This document shows, piece after piece, positions 12,602 to 26,200 of a DNA stretch of 64,000 bases. This stretch comes from Lophium mytilinum (lineage: Eukaryota), in assembly GCA_010093605.1 (NCBI GenBank), contig MU004201.1:62001-126000 (forward strand), in the 5' to 3' direction. Positions within the stretch are counted from its first letter, which is position 1, and each line of letters starts with the position of its first letter. The notes under the pieces were generated by a model that saw only the letters and a program-made list of their open reading frames with translations, did no database searches and was not told the origin of the DNA. Position numbers and translations under genes: made by a program.

Positions 12602-15600
12602 AGCCTATTAAACCCGCTTAGATCACTTATTATATAGTAAGGCCCTTCTATTATACTCTTTCTAATTAGATACCTTAATTTTAGTTCTTTTATTTTAGTT
12701 TGCTAATCTATTAGTACTTTTATTCTATAGCCCTCCCGCTTAATATCTCGTAATTGCATTCCTAAGGGTTTATTTTAGAGGAGAAGAAGGCAATAGAATG
12801 GAGCAGGCCGTCTTTACCTTCTTATAACATGACACTAGCAATAACGTAGTCTTAAGTGTTGGTCTAAATATAGACCTTTTTGCTATATTAAAAGTAGCAG
12901 AGAATAGGCGCGGTAGTGAACGCCGCTTTAAGTACTTGGAACGTTTATTTACATTTCTTATTCCAGACGAATTGGGCTTTAAGCTTCGTCTTCTTCCCGT
13001 TAGTTGTCTTTATTATAGAGGTGAGCGGTAAGACTATCTAAGAAAATGCGTGTATAAAATATTAGTAGAAATTGGCGAATCCTATAAAGGCTTGTACATC
13101 GCGTAGGCATATAGGAGTCTTCTAATTAATAACTCTGCCGACTTTCTCGGGGTCCATTTGGACGCCTCCTATTGTAATAATAAGACCTAGGTACTTAATT
13201 TCTATTTTGTTGAATTCGCATTTAGTAAAGTTATAATTGAGGTCGGCTTTATTAAGACGTTCGAGGACTTTAGCGACGTGCTCTTTGTATTGTTCTTTAG
13301 TGCTATTTATATAAACCAAGATATTATCTATAGATATAGAGCAGAAGTTGTCTAGGTAGTTGTACAGTATTTAATTAATAAAGGATTAGAATTGGCCGGG
13401 ACCTCCCGTAACGCTAAAAGGCATAATAATAGACCTGTATTACCCCCATTACGTAGAGAAGGCTGTAAGGCCTATATTACCTTCCCGCATTTAAATTTAA
13501 TTAGACGCGGAGATTATGTCTAGTTTAGAGTACTATTTATCGTTACTAAGCTTCTAAAGTGTCTCTTAGATAAGTAGTAGTAGCTATCTTATCTTAACTA
13601 TTATAGCGTTAATAGCTCTATAGTTAACGCAGAAATAAACACCCCCTCTAGGTTTCTAGACGAGAAGTATAGGGGATAATATAGAGAATTATAACTTATA
13701 GATAAATCCTTTATTAAGGTTGTTGTCGATTAATTTCTTAACGACTTTAAGTTCTTCTTTTAATATGGCGTATGGGCGGGCTTTTAGTAGCTTACCGGCT
13801 CCTTTAATAAGGTTAATTTTGTGGTTAATTCCGGGTTAATGCGGAGGCAGTGTATTGGTCTTAACTTAATTAAATATAGAGACGTAACGGCGTAGGCGTT
13901 CTAGAAGCTATTATTCCATCTCCTCTTAGAAGAGGTGCTTCGTAGTGCGCATGAATTTGTTAACGTCTTCGGCTAATATTTTACGTACTTTAAGAGGAAC
14001 GTCGTTACCCATGCAAAAGGCAATAACTTATAGTCCGTTGCAGGCAATAAAAAAGTCGTTGTCTCCGTTCTCTAGAGTCTCTAGGACATGGCAAGGAACC
14101 TGTTTAAGTTTCCATCCCTTACGCTTAGCAATGGAGGCTATGCGTATGCATGCGTCTGCGCTAATAGGTTTCTAGTTAGTGGCGTTGTAGTTAGTGTATT
14201 TGTTAGGCATATTTTTAGGGCGCATGCCGTTGGCCTATACAGTAATAGAGTTACAGTTAAAACGGTATTTACAGTTCTAGCATAGTTCGCAGTAAGACTA
14301 AATAGAGTCTAGACGGCCTGCTTTCTAGTTAATAGCTAGATTATAATCTTATAGCTAGTTAAGGCCTATTATAATGTCATAGTCTCTAATATTAGTAATA
14401 TAGGCCTAGTAACGGCTTTAATAGCTGTTTATATCCCTGCTAAGGATGGCTTTATATATTACTTCTTAGGCGACGGCTAATTAGTTAGCTAGTTCGAGAA
14501 CTCGGGCTTTCTTAAGGGGTCTCAAAGATAAATTTACTAGGTGCGCAAACTTAGTACTAGTAAATAGATTAGTGGCTCTATAATTAAGATAAGAATTAAT
14601 TTTTATTATTTCTATAGGCTGTCCTTTCTTATAGGTTTATACTATCGCTAAAAGAACTTTATTATTTACCTGCTTAACGTTGAATCCTCTATCTTTATTT
14701 CGAAATGGTTCCTATTAAGCTTTACTAAGAGAGGCTGCTAAAATAATAATCCTTCTATGTTAAAGATTCTTTATAACTAAGTTCTTATTATATTATAGAC
14801 TGCAATTATAGTCTATAGCCTCGCTTTTCTCTTAGAGCCCTACCTTTAGAGCGACTAGAGCCGCGGTTATAATTAAGGGTATTATAATTGTTAAAGCTGT
14901 TATTGTTATCTAAGAGTTCTTCGGCGCGGGCAGCAGGGTTGTTAAGACGGGGTACTAAGAATAAATCTATCTAGCGAGTAGTGAAGCCTAATTTATTAAG
15001 TTGGTTTATAGGATAATATAGATTGCGGGCGAAGCACTTAGAAAGATAGTAGTAGAAGCACTTACTATTCTTTATAAGCGCTTCTCTATTGCCTTCGCGG
15101 AGCTTATTAGGAGGTACCTAATTAGAAGAAGGGGTAATCTTAACGTCTTCCTAGGTTATAGAGGTAGTAGCTGCATTTAAAGAACGTAGAGTATAGTTGC
15201 AGTTGCTATTATAGTTGCGGCGATTACAGTCGCGGTTATTGCGGTCCCGGTTATTGCGGTCGCGGTTGTCGCGGTTACGACTTTCGCGATTAAAGCCCTA
15301 GGGCTAGTTGCGGTTAAAGTTGCCAAAGCTATAATTAGTAGTAGGCTGCGTGTTCTTATTAGTGCTATTATTATAGAGCTATTTACGTGCAGCGTTAATA
15401 TACTATAAGCTAGTTGTAAACCCTTTACCCGTAATGGCGCCATTAATAATGTCTAGGCAGAGTTTCTATTTAAGGTTGTAGACGTTGTTGTAGCCTTTAT
15501 AGCCTGGGAGGTAGATTGTATATAATCTTATTAGCTCCTACATTTAATTAGGTGTTATGCCGCTTATTAAGATAAGCTTATAAAGCTTATCTTTAGCGGT

Positions 15601-17757
15601 GCTAATTTTATTAGGGTTGTTATATTAGGAGTCTAAGAATGCGATAGCTTCCTAGACAGCAAGGAAGGGCTAATAGCTATCTTACTAGCCATAGAAGCCT
15701 ATAAGGGGTATTCTAGTAAGTTGTTTACTAAGATAGGTTAGGCGTAAGGGTTTGCTAGATCTTATAGCATAGCTGCCGCAGTTAACTTTATTAAGAAATC
15801 CGCAATAGAATTTAGGGTACTTATTTTTATTACCTCTAAACTTATCTAGGTGGGGCTAGAACTTATCTTCTATATAAAGAACTCTATTTAGAGTAACGCC
15901 GATGTTTTAATAGTCTTTAGACGTCTTAATATAGGCGTTTTAGTAACAGCTCGCATTTTCTAAGTGTAAACGTAATTATAAGTATTAATAAAAGTAATGC
16001 TTACGGGAGCAGCTACAACAACAAGGTGGGCTACGCGTGCGATCGCGACAAGGGGGGGCTTCCGTTGTTAGATAAGGGCGGGCTAGGGTTACGGCGGCTA
16101 TAAACGCGTGCGTGCTCTATAGTGCGGCGAGCTTAATTTTTATTACTTACATGCTCTATAGTGCGACGAAGTTATTAGTATTACGGCCTACTAAGGGGCT
16201 ATTATTAGCTTGCGCTTCTTCTAATTAGATTACTCTATTAAGGGAGGCGAGCAGATTTTTAGCTACTACAGTAATAGGGTCAACGGGTAGTAGAGGTATA
16301 ATAGAAGGGGCTGGACGGGACACTATTAGAGGCGTTATTGTAGGAGGCGTAGTTGCGAAAGTATGCTAGAGTGTCTGCAGTATTTTAATCTTGTTCTCTA
16401 ACATAGTAAGGCGCGTATTATATTTATACTTATTCTTAGCTGCTTAAGTAAGGTTAGCTATAAGGCGCTTAATAATCTTTTCTTGCTCTATAGAACTGCT
16501 TATTAGCTTAGATATAGTTCTTCTGCTAGGCGTTAATATCTGCATTAAGAGAAGCGATTATCTCCTTGTAAGTACGGAGTTCATTTTTACATTCTTCTAG
16601 TTTAGTTTTAATATTAAGTAGGCGTTTGAGTTTCTTATAGGCGGTTTCTAATTTATTGTCCTTTTTATTACATTCGTCCTTAAGGACTCTATTCTCGTTT
16701 TAGAGGTTGCGCTATACTTTCTAATTATCTTTGCATATTTACTAGAGGATCTTAGTTATAGCTTAATAGCTCCTAAGAATGCGGAAGAAGAAGATAGAAT
16801 TGGCTTAGACTTGTGTAAGGAAGTCTTAAGAGTCTATAATCTCAATTAAGCCGTTAAACTATTTATCGCCGGGCAGGAGTAAATGGTCCAGGAGATTAGT
16901 AACGTTGTTAATGGCGTTAAGGAACGTGCCCGGGTTACGGCCCTAGCTAGGAGTATAGTACTTAACAATAGAGCCGTGGATTATTAGGTCCGGGGTGTAT
17001 ATAGAATTATCGACATTATTATCTTTAGTAACGTCTTTGTCCTAGGTAAGCTAAATCTCTTTCTCTTAAGTAGGCTGCTAAGCGTCGTCTGCGCGTATTA
17101 TTTAGGTAGACTGTTAGGTATCTTCTTTAGTTAGCTTTTTAAGGGGCGCGCTCTTTAGAGTCTTATAAGAAGACTTAGAGGGCGCGCTCTTTAGAGTCTT
17201 ATAAGGAGACTTAAAGGGCGCATGGGACTATACGCGGGATAGTAGAAAGTAGCTGGCTAGTTATAAGCCGCTGCGCCCGGAGCGTCTAGGCTCTTTAGCG
17301 GAGACTTCTGCGCTTAGAGGTAGTGGATTGCTTATTATAGAGGTTTTAGCAGTAGCGCTTAGTAAGATAAGGTAGTATAGCGGCGCGCCTTTTTAGTGTT
17401 GTATATATAATTACATAGGCACACTTACTAAACTATTAGATAGCTTAGTAAAGAAGGATCGAGGTATAAAAGTTAAAATAGTAATAGTAAAAAAGAATTA
17501 GTACTAGTTTAAGTATTAGATATAACTTAATATTACAGTTACAGTGCAGAGAAGCTTAGTAGTATAAGGTAACTAGGTAGATTTATTTTAAGAGGTCGTG
17601 TAAGAAGCAGGAAAAGAGGCTTCCGGGAAGGAACTATATATATAGAGGAAAGAGAGGCGCGTAGGCGGCGCCAGGTAACGTAACAGGTGTAGAGGCAAGA
17701 GGCCGGTGACGGGTAAACGTATAACCGGAAGGTAGGGCGTAATCTATTATATTAACT
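12602..17757 (-). mobile_element. Ty3/Gypsy LTR retrotransposon A, RIPed and internally deleted (ends approximate)
   Basis: Minus-strand gag (~15000-17300), protease (~14350-14600), RT (DNFCSIYIDNILVY, ~13320-13360) and RNase H start (IAFFSSK..ECNYEI, ~12745-12800), then an abrupt break; LTR-like segment ~17530-17757. Confidence 0.8.
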
Positions 17758-18230
17758 TATTAGGGCTGTAATAGATCTCCCTAGCTTTTTAATAATGTAA
17801 TAGCTAGTATAGATATAGCTATAGGATTTCTAAGTTTATTATATACCTAGGAAGAAGACTAGTGCTATAGAAAGACTCTTCTAAAGTCCTCTAGATGCTA
17901 ATTAAATTCTAAAGGAACTCTATAGGGATATGAATGCATTTATTAATAGAAATATTAAAACTATAATATTAAATATTGCTCTAGCAGCAGTAGGCTATGT
18001 AGAGGACGCTACTAATAAGGTGTATAATATATAGCTAGTAGAAGAGTATCTAGAGAACTTAGAGTATATTATAGCTAAGCTACTAATAATGTTATATTCT
18101 AAAGATATAGATTTAAAGGAATACTGCTTATTTAAGAAGAACGCCTGCTAATTTAGAATTTAACAATGCTATCTCTTCCATTATTAGTCTAAGAAGGTAG
18201 CTATTTAATAGGTTATTAATAACCTAGAGC

Positions 18231-18445
18231 TGTAAGGACTTATAGGCTGTATAGAGAAAGGTAAGGTTTCTATTACTATACTATAGAAGTTGTAAAATAA
18301 AGAGAGAAAAGAGACGCGAGCGCAGCAGCTAGAAGTACGCTGCTGTGCGCGCGCTAACGCGCTAGCGTGCTAGGAGGCGCAAGGGCACGTAATCTACATG
18401 CCCATCCTACTATGAATAAAGGAAAAGGCCTTGCGAGGCCTAATA
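18231..18445. mobile_element. Solo LTR, 215 bp
   Basis: TGTAAGG...GCCTAATA (RIPed TAACA) flanked by a 5-bp TSD AGAGC; reverse-complement homologue at 23019-23233. Confidence 0.9.
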
Positions 18446-19651
18446 AGAGCTACACTAGAAGACTATTATAAATGTCTATAATAATAGTACTTATTGCAGG
18501 CAGAAGAAACTATACTAGTAAATAGCTTTTAGATACTAGGGGCTAGACCTCTAGTAGGAAATTTGCGCCTTTATTACTAGCTATAAAGAGTGCTAGGGCT
18601 AAGGATTGAATTGTATAAAAGAGGCCTTACATTCTACCTAGAAGAGCATATTTTTAAAACAAGTATTAATTAATATTATTAAGCTACCAACCTGCAGGGG
18701 TTTCTATTTAATTATTATTATTTAGGAATATATCTCCGGCTAGGTGGAGGATTATGCTCTATAAAAAGCTAACTTTAGATCTCTTGCATGCGTTCTATAT
18801 AAGGATATTATTACACTCTATACTTTAATGAGAAGACTAAGCATTAAGAGTAGAAGAGAGAATATAGTAAAAGTACTCTAGATGCTTATACTCTATATTA
18901 TAAAGTATGTCTAGGCCTTAGCTTATTATCCGAAGGCTTAAGGTCTTATTAAGCGCGGCTCTTACCCTATTCTAGATACCCTAGTAAAGATAGAGGGAAA
19001 CTAGTATAAAAATATATAATTACTTACTTAATATTTATTCTACTTTAAGTAGATGTAATAAGATTTCTAGAAAGTACATATTTTATCTAAATAAATACTA
19101 AAATTACAGTAGTACTATACTATAGAGGTTTTAATTTATTAATTTATAGACCAAAAACTATTTAATTTTAGTAGCTTTTATTAACTTATATAGTAAATTA
19201 TATTTCTAAGTAAATGTATTTATCATTATATTAAGGCTTAAAGATCTAATAATTAGTAAATTTACAAGATCTAATAATCTATTATAGAGCAATAGAAAGT
19301 TAAATTAACTATATAATGCCTTCTATAACTAGTTTATTTTTAAAAGTATTTAGGTAGTTATATTTGCTAGAACCTTTATATATTTCTTTCTACTTTTTGA
19401 TTTTTATATTTTTATAGTTAAACTTTATGTACCTTATAGAACATTTTGAAAAGACTCTTACAACTAGATTACTAGATCGGTTTTATTGAAATAGAGTAAG
19501 GACCATATTTATAGCAGTTAAGTTAAAGTTTTTAGAAACTTTATAGCTAGTAGAAAGTTACTTTGTCTAGTTTTATTAAAGATATAAATATATTATTTAT
19601 GAATATAGCTAATTAAAAACCTTCTTTAGATTTAGTATACTTATAATTACT

Positions 19652-20812
19652 ATGCATCATGTAGATCAGTTTATAAGAGTAGATGAACTTAATAAAAACA
19701 TTGGAAATAGAGTTATTAATCTTGCTATTACATGTTTAGTTATTCAGTCTATTTTCTTTATTCTATTTTACATTGCAAGACACCTTAGTAAGACTCTTAA
19801 AGCATGGGAGTGTTGGATTTTTATACCATTAGCATATTTATGCTGTACTACTTTATGTATATGTGAAATTTGTAAGTTTTTCTATATATATTCTTTATTA
19901 TATTTACTAAATCTAATAATCTTAAAGTAGCTGTTAAGATTGGTGGCGAAGGACAACATATTACAGTTTTAAATACAGATACTATTACAACCCGGATTAA
20001 GATTAATATAATTGCAGAATATATTGATATTACAGCTATTACTAGTACTAAACTTGCTATTCTAATTCTATACTACCGAATCTTTTCAGTATGGCCTAAA
20101 TTTCAGATTGCAATTTATTTTACTACTTTAATAGTACTAGGGACTTGGATAGGAGCACTAGTGCTTAGTATAGTAAAATGCCACCCATTTAGTAGTCAGT
20201 GGGACCACACTATTAAAGGCGGGCAATGTGGGGATTCTATAAGAGCATACCAGTTTCTTTTTATCCCTAATATCATTACAGATTGTATAATGTTAGTAAT
20301 ACTTTGTTATGCAGTCTATAAACTACAAGTCCAGTTACCAACTAAGATTAGTATTCTTACTACACTTTTAACGGGATCTATGTAAGCTTTTATCTTCTTA
20401 TTTGTAAGTAAAGGTACTAATAGTTTATATTAGTGGAATTATTACTTCAGTCCTCCGAATGCTATCTTTTCTTAATAATACCTCTTTACTTAATGACTTT
20501 ACCTATAATTCGGTTTCTTTAACTTTATTTACTATTATAGAAGCTAGTACCTACTTTATAGCTGCCTGTATGCTAAGTCTTCGCCCCTTTAAACGGTATA
20601 TATTTAAAGGGAAAAGCTTTACTAAATGGCTAGGGACTTATATAGGTAGAATTTGTGGAAGTTGGTTACAAAGCTCAGTATCTTTTAGCGGACTAAGATT
20701 AAGTAGTATATTAAGAACTACAGTAAACCAAAATAACTCTCTACAAGTAGATTGGAGCCATTTTGGTGAGAATTGGATGCAAATACTAGAAGAAGGTATT
20801 AGAGCAGACTAG
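19652..20812 (+). CDS. PTH11-like (fungal rhodopsin-domain) multi-pass membrane protein without CFEM, 349 aa, 3 exons
   Basis: Exons 19652-19871, 19931-20381 and 20434-20812 splice GT-AG in frame with no stops. Family motifs G.G.H, TKLAILILYYRIF, C.P....WD....G.C, NIITD, KLQ....K, TIIE.....IAAC..SLRP. Confidence 0.85.
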
Positions 20813-23018
20813 AATTTAATTTTTAAACTTATTAAGATAGTAAATAGTACTATTTAATAGAATATAAAAACTTATTTTTCTATCTTTTCTTTAAATACAG
20901 TAAAGATAGTCTTGATTTAATATTATATAACGTAATATGTTATTAGAAATATACACTAGATAGATTTAAATGTTTATTTTCCTTGTTTTATCTATTAAGT
21001 AGATAGAAATATTTGAATTTTTATACTACTTATAGAATCTTTACTATAAAACCGTTATTATATATGGAAATACATACTATATTTTATAGTTCTTATTGTT
21101 TTTATATAATTAATTCCTTTTTACTAAGTAAGCATATAGTATAGAGAGATTATATAGTCTATATATTTAATAAATGTTTCTATAAAGTCTAGTATACTTA
21201 AAGACAACCTTCAATACAAGTATATATTCTCTTTTTAAGTTTTATAGCAATAGGAATTATACTATAATAGAGTTTTTATATCTATAAAATTAGTAGATAT
21301 AATATATTAAAGAAATATAAAATATTTCAGATTAAACTATCGCTAATGACTATATTAGCTAACTAAGACTATCTAGTAGCGCATCGTTCTAAGCTAATTT
21401 ATTCTTTTAGATATATTTTCTCTTATTCTTCCCTTTTTAACTTCCAACGTTTCTAGTAATTTCAACAACTATTTAATTTACGGAAATATGATATACTTTA
21501 TATTATTATAGTCTAGTGTTAGATACTTACATACTATCTAATCAGTAATATATCGTTAGGGTAGATAGACCTAAATATATCTAGGTTTACTAATAATTTA
21601 GTTAGGTAAATATATCATTAAATAAATAATAAAAGAAGTATTAGCATTAAATATTAATATAAGTAGATGATATTTACTATTATAGCATAATGTACTCTAA
21701 GTTTATTCCTATTAAATAAGGCATAGTACTGCTTTTATAAGAAATAGTCTTTTATAGTGTAAATTTATAAGAAATAAGTATAACTAAATACTATATATTT
21801 ATTATCATTAAATTCTTCTACGCTGGCGTAACTCCCGTTAAAGTCTGTATAGCTGTTCTTTCTAGGCTAATTTAGAAGGGAAAAACAGTTTCCTGCTAGG
21901 CAGTATAAGGTAGAAACCTTATCCCTTATTATATTCGGGATTAAGCACCCTTTTCCATTATATTTTAGCTTTAGGGGCTATATAGTAGGTCTATAAGGAC
22001 AAGTCTAGAATAAACTTTTAAGAGCTATTATTCTAGATCTATTGAGATAGGGTTAGTGTTATTTTTATAGGTTTAAATTAAGTAGAATCTAGATAGTAAG
22101 ATAGGATAAATAGAATTAGCGTAAATGCTTGCATTTTATTAATGTCTAAGTAGGTCTTTTATCTAGAGTAATAAGAAAAGTTAAAAAATAGTAGTAAGAG
22201 GCCGTATAAGCTATAAAGAGTAAAACAGCTGCGTAGTATAAAGGTAGTATACAGCTATTAGGCAGGGCTTATTATATAGTAATATTTTTTTATCTTAGAA
22301 AAAGCTATATAGTCTATAGTTATACTATTATTATTTTAGTGGGCTATTATTATCTATAATAAAGAGTTACTTACCCTTATTAAAGCTTTTAAAGAATAGA
22401 GGCCCAAATTAGCTAGTACTAATCTAGACAACCCTATTAATATACTTACAGATTATTACAATCTAGATTACATTATGTCTATAAAACACCTTAACCGTTG
22501 CTAGGTCGACTAGGCCGGCTTCCTTACTAGCTTTAACTTTAAAATTATCTATTAACTAGGCATCTTAGGGGGAAACTAGACAGCCTTACTAGACGTTTAC
22601 AAGACTTTCCTACGGATCTAAACGATCCTCGTCATTAATTTCAATACTAAACGATCCTTAAATCTTACAACTTAGAGGATAGAGTAGCACCTAATTTACT
22701 AGATATTTAAATAAGCTTACCTAAAGACGGCCCACGCCGCGCGCTAAGTCTAATCGGGCTAGTACCTTGCTATAAAGAGCTAGATCCGTTAATCGCCGTA
22801 GAGTCGCCACTCTTAAAGATATACTCTTAATTTCTGCTTGCGCCCGTATAACTCCGCAGCCACGCGCGCAACAATAATAATGTTAACCTTAACCCTAACC
22901 CTTACTCTAACCCTAACCCTCCTCTCGCGGCTAATTCTTTTAAGAACAACGACAATCTTTATATAGAACCCGATTTAGTTTAATAACGCACACTTACTAA
23001 CCTATTTAATGAAGGCTA

Positions 23019-23233
23019 TGTTAGGCTTTATAAGGCCTTTTCTTTTATTTATTGCAGGACGGGCACGTAGATTATATGCTTTCGCGCCTCTTAGTATGCT
23101 AGTGCGTTAGCGCGCGCATAGCAGCCTACTTCTAGCTGCTGCACTTGCGTTTCTTTTCTCTCTTTATCTTATAACCTCTATAGTATAGTAATATAAACCT
23201 TACCTTTCTCTATATAGCCTACGAGTCTTTATA
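23019..23233. mobile_element. Isolated LTR, 215 bp, same family as 18231-18445 in inverted orientation, no TSD
   Basis: TGTTAGGC...CTTTATA aligns end to end with the reverse complement of 18231-18445; flanks GGCTA and CGCCC do not match. Confidence 0.85.
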
Positions 23234-26200
23234 CGCCCGCAATATTAAAACGGAGCGTAAAAATAAGTCTTTAGACTATAAGAATATTAGACTATATTAG
23301 ATTAAGAAAGTTATTAACTATAGCGCTATATATAAGCTTAAGCTTCTATAAGATATACTAGCTAAACGGGTCTAGCTAGTTCTCTTACCTTACTTATAAT
23401 ACCTCTACAACGCTTAACCGGTTAAAGGCTAATAATAACCCGAGCCGCCGCCTATTATAGTTATTAATAAAGAAGGATAAGAAAATGTAGAGTACCCTAT
23501 TTAGCACAGATTAAACGTAATAAAAGTAGAGGTAAAAGGTGTCCTATTACTAGCTAGTAGGCGTAGCCTTAAAGGCTATGCGGGCGTCGGCGTATAGGAC
23601 GCCGGCGTCCGGCTGGGCGTGCACGTGAACGTCCTGCACGTAAACACGTGCTGTACGCTAGAGCCTGCTATAGAACCGTAACAACTGCCCTAAATAATAA
23701 GATATTGTCGTCTTTAATAACTAGATATCTAAGCTACCCTCTATACCTAGGCTATCTTCTATGTCTAAGCCACCCTCTAATTTCTAAATAATAGCGTACT
23801 AAGATAATATAGACGATAAAGGCAATAGGGAAGAAGTCTAAACTTATGAAAGATAAGTCGTAAAAGACAACGGGTCCGTGGAAGAAGACGGATTCGTGGA
23901 AGTTGTACAAGATAGCGAGTTGTAAAGAAGAATAACTCTTAGAAGGCTGGTAAAGCTATAAAGGGCTATAAAGGCTTTATAGCCGGCCGCGATTAAGCCG
24001 CAGCAATTAGCTTGTAAGGAGCAATTAAGCCGTGGCGATTAGCTCGTAGATGAGCGATCGAGCCGTGGCGATCAGCTCGCTAAGGTCGTTGACGGGTTTA
24101 CGGAAGTTCTTGACGGGTTCGCGGAACTCAGCTAAGATGGAGGTTTCTGATAGACGACGGCGTACTAATAAACGGGGGCGTACTAATAAACGGGGGCGTA
24201 CGACGTTTAAGATATGCTTGTGCTAATAACGGCCCTAAAATAATAGATTTGCGGACGACTAGATGTTATAGACGGCCGTTAAAAACTAGCTATTTAGTAG
24301 GTGCGCCAGGTTATAGGTATTTATAAGGTCCTTATTAATATCCTCCTTCTAACGCCATTAATTATCTTCTAGCCTATATCCTTCCCACTTAACTAGATAC
24401 TCTATAAACAGCTTCTTTACGCGGCCTATCCGGCGGAGACGCCGGGCTACTAGGCGCTCAACCTTGTAGTAGGCGCTAGTCTTATTATTCCGGTCGTTTT
24501 TAATAGCGGCTAGCTTGGTCACCCTAGAAGTCTTATCGCGGACGTATAGGTCTTAGTTAGGCGAGCTTACAGGCTCTAGCTGCTCGACTAAGATAACGGG
24601 GTGTATTTTCCAGCTCTAGGGCAGGTCGACTTCGTACGCGTTTTCGCCAACCTTGCGCTTAATTACCCTTGGGCCTACATGCTATTGCCTAAACTTTCTA
24701 TATAGCCCTAGAATCTTAAAGCCCTTATAAAGCCGTATATATACTAGATCGCCGGGGTGGAGCTGTAGGGTCGCCCGCATTCTATTAAAGCGAAGCTTTA
24801 TCCTGGCGGCTGCAAATGCAAGAGCGTCGGCTGCTTCCTGTCTAGCTATATCTCGGGCGTCTAGAAAGCTTAATGCGGCTGGATTAGACTTAGCGGCTTG
24901 CGGGGGACGTGCAAGCTCTAACTCGGGAGCCTATACCGCTATGGACGCTCTTATAATTAATAACGGCCTAGAGGTTGCTTAGGCGCCGCCGTTCTTAACA
25001 GCTAGAGCATGGACGTGCTTAACGGCCGGAGGGGCGTGCTTAATATAGATGTTTGGCAAGCCTTTATTAAGGCGGAAGCCGTAGATAATTTTATTAGGGG
25101 ACTTGCCGGTGGATCTATTAATTGTGTTATTAAAAAGACGGCGTAGGGTAGTTAGAAACGCGGGCCAATCTGGGTTTCCTTGTAATAAGTAGAACCTTAG
25201 GGCTATTTCTATAGTCTAGTTTATATATTCCGACTGCCCGTTAGTATATAGGTGGTACGCTGTTAATATTAGAATTCTAGTTCCAAGACGCCTAAAGACC
25301 GCTCTCTAGAAGGAGCTAATAAACTTCCTATCGCGGTCTATGATAGTAGCGACTGGCACGCCCTAGTCTATTAGCAGCTTAAGAAATACCGGGGCCCAGT
25401 CTTCCGCATTGTATGTGTCCTTGCCGGCGCCTATTATAATACGCTTGGAGAGCTTCTAGGTAACTATAATTATCGCGTTGAACCTATTTAATTCTAGTAG
25501 ACCCACGACAAAATTAAGGAATATAGTGTAGAAAGGAATAGGCGGCGTCTAAACTAGAACAAGACCTCTATAGGGCTTGTATTGGGTGGTTTTATTAACG
25601 CGATAGATTGCATAGTAACGTAGGTAGCGCGTTAACTAGCGTGCTAGGTGCCGGATTTAATACGTGGCCCTTACGCGCTTATAGGTCCGCAAGAAGCCAG
25701 CGTGCGTTAGGATATAACAGTCTTTAAAAACGTCTCCTTCTAAGCTTTTCGCGACATAGAGACGTAAGCGCCCGTCGAGCGCGTTGCAGTAGTAGAGGAG
25801 GTCCTTGTGCAGTAAGAAGGGCACTCCAGGGGGTCTAGCAGCGGGCTGTTCCGTGGAGGACTCCGAGACTAGTAATTGAATTCCTGCCTAATGTTTATTG
25901 GTTTTGTAGGCAGCGATAAGGGCGTCCCGGAAGTCGTCCGCAAGCTCTATAATAGAGACGTTGAACGCCGCTTTGTAGGCTTTAGCGGTGTTAATATTAA
26001 AGGAGAGTTCCTCAAGCGTATTAGAGGTAGTATCCCCGGGCTGTACGTTTACTATAGGTAGTTGTAAGAGAGCGTCTGGCACTATATAAAGCCTACCGGG
26101 CTTATACTAGATGTCTAACTAGAACTGCAAGAGATATTAGGACGCCCGGACTAGGCGCATGTTAAGCTTGTCGGTCGCTAAGGTTGTAAGCAACAACGCC

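Noticed and set aside
15177..15443. Thr/Ala-rich hydrophobic ORF
   Set aside because: Alternative frame of low-complexity repeats within Gypsy A gag.
22885..22922. Telomere-like TAACCC repeats
   Set aside because: Lies in the pol linker of Gypsy C; best explained as RIPed GAC-CCT (Asp-Pro) codons; short and imperfect.
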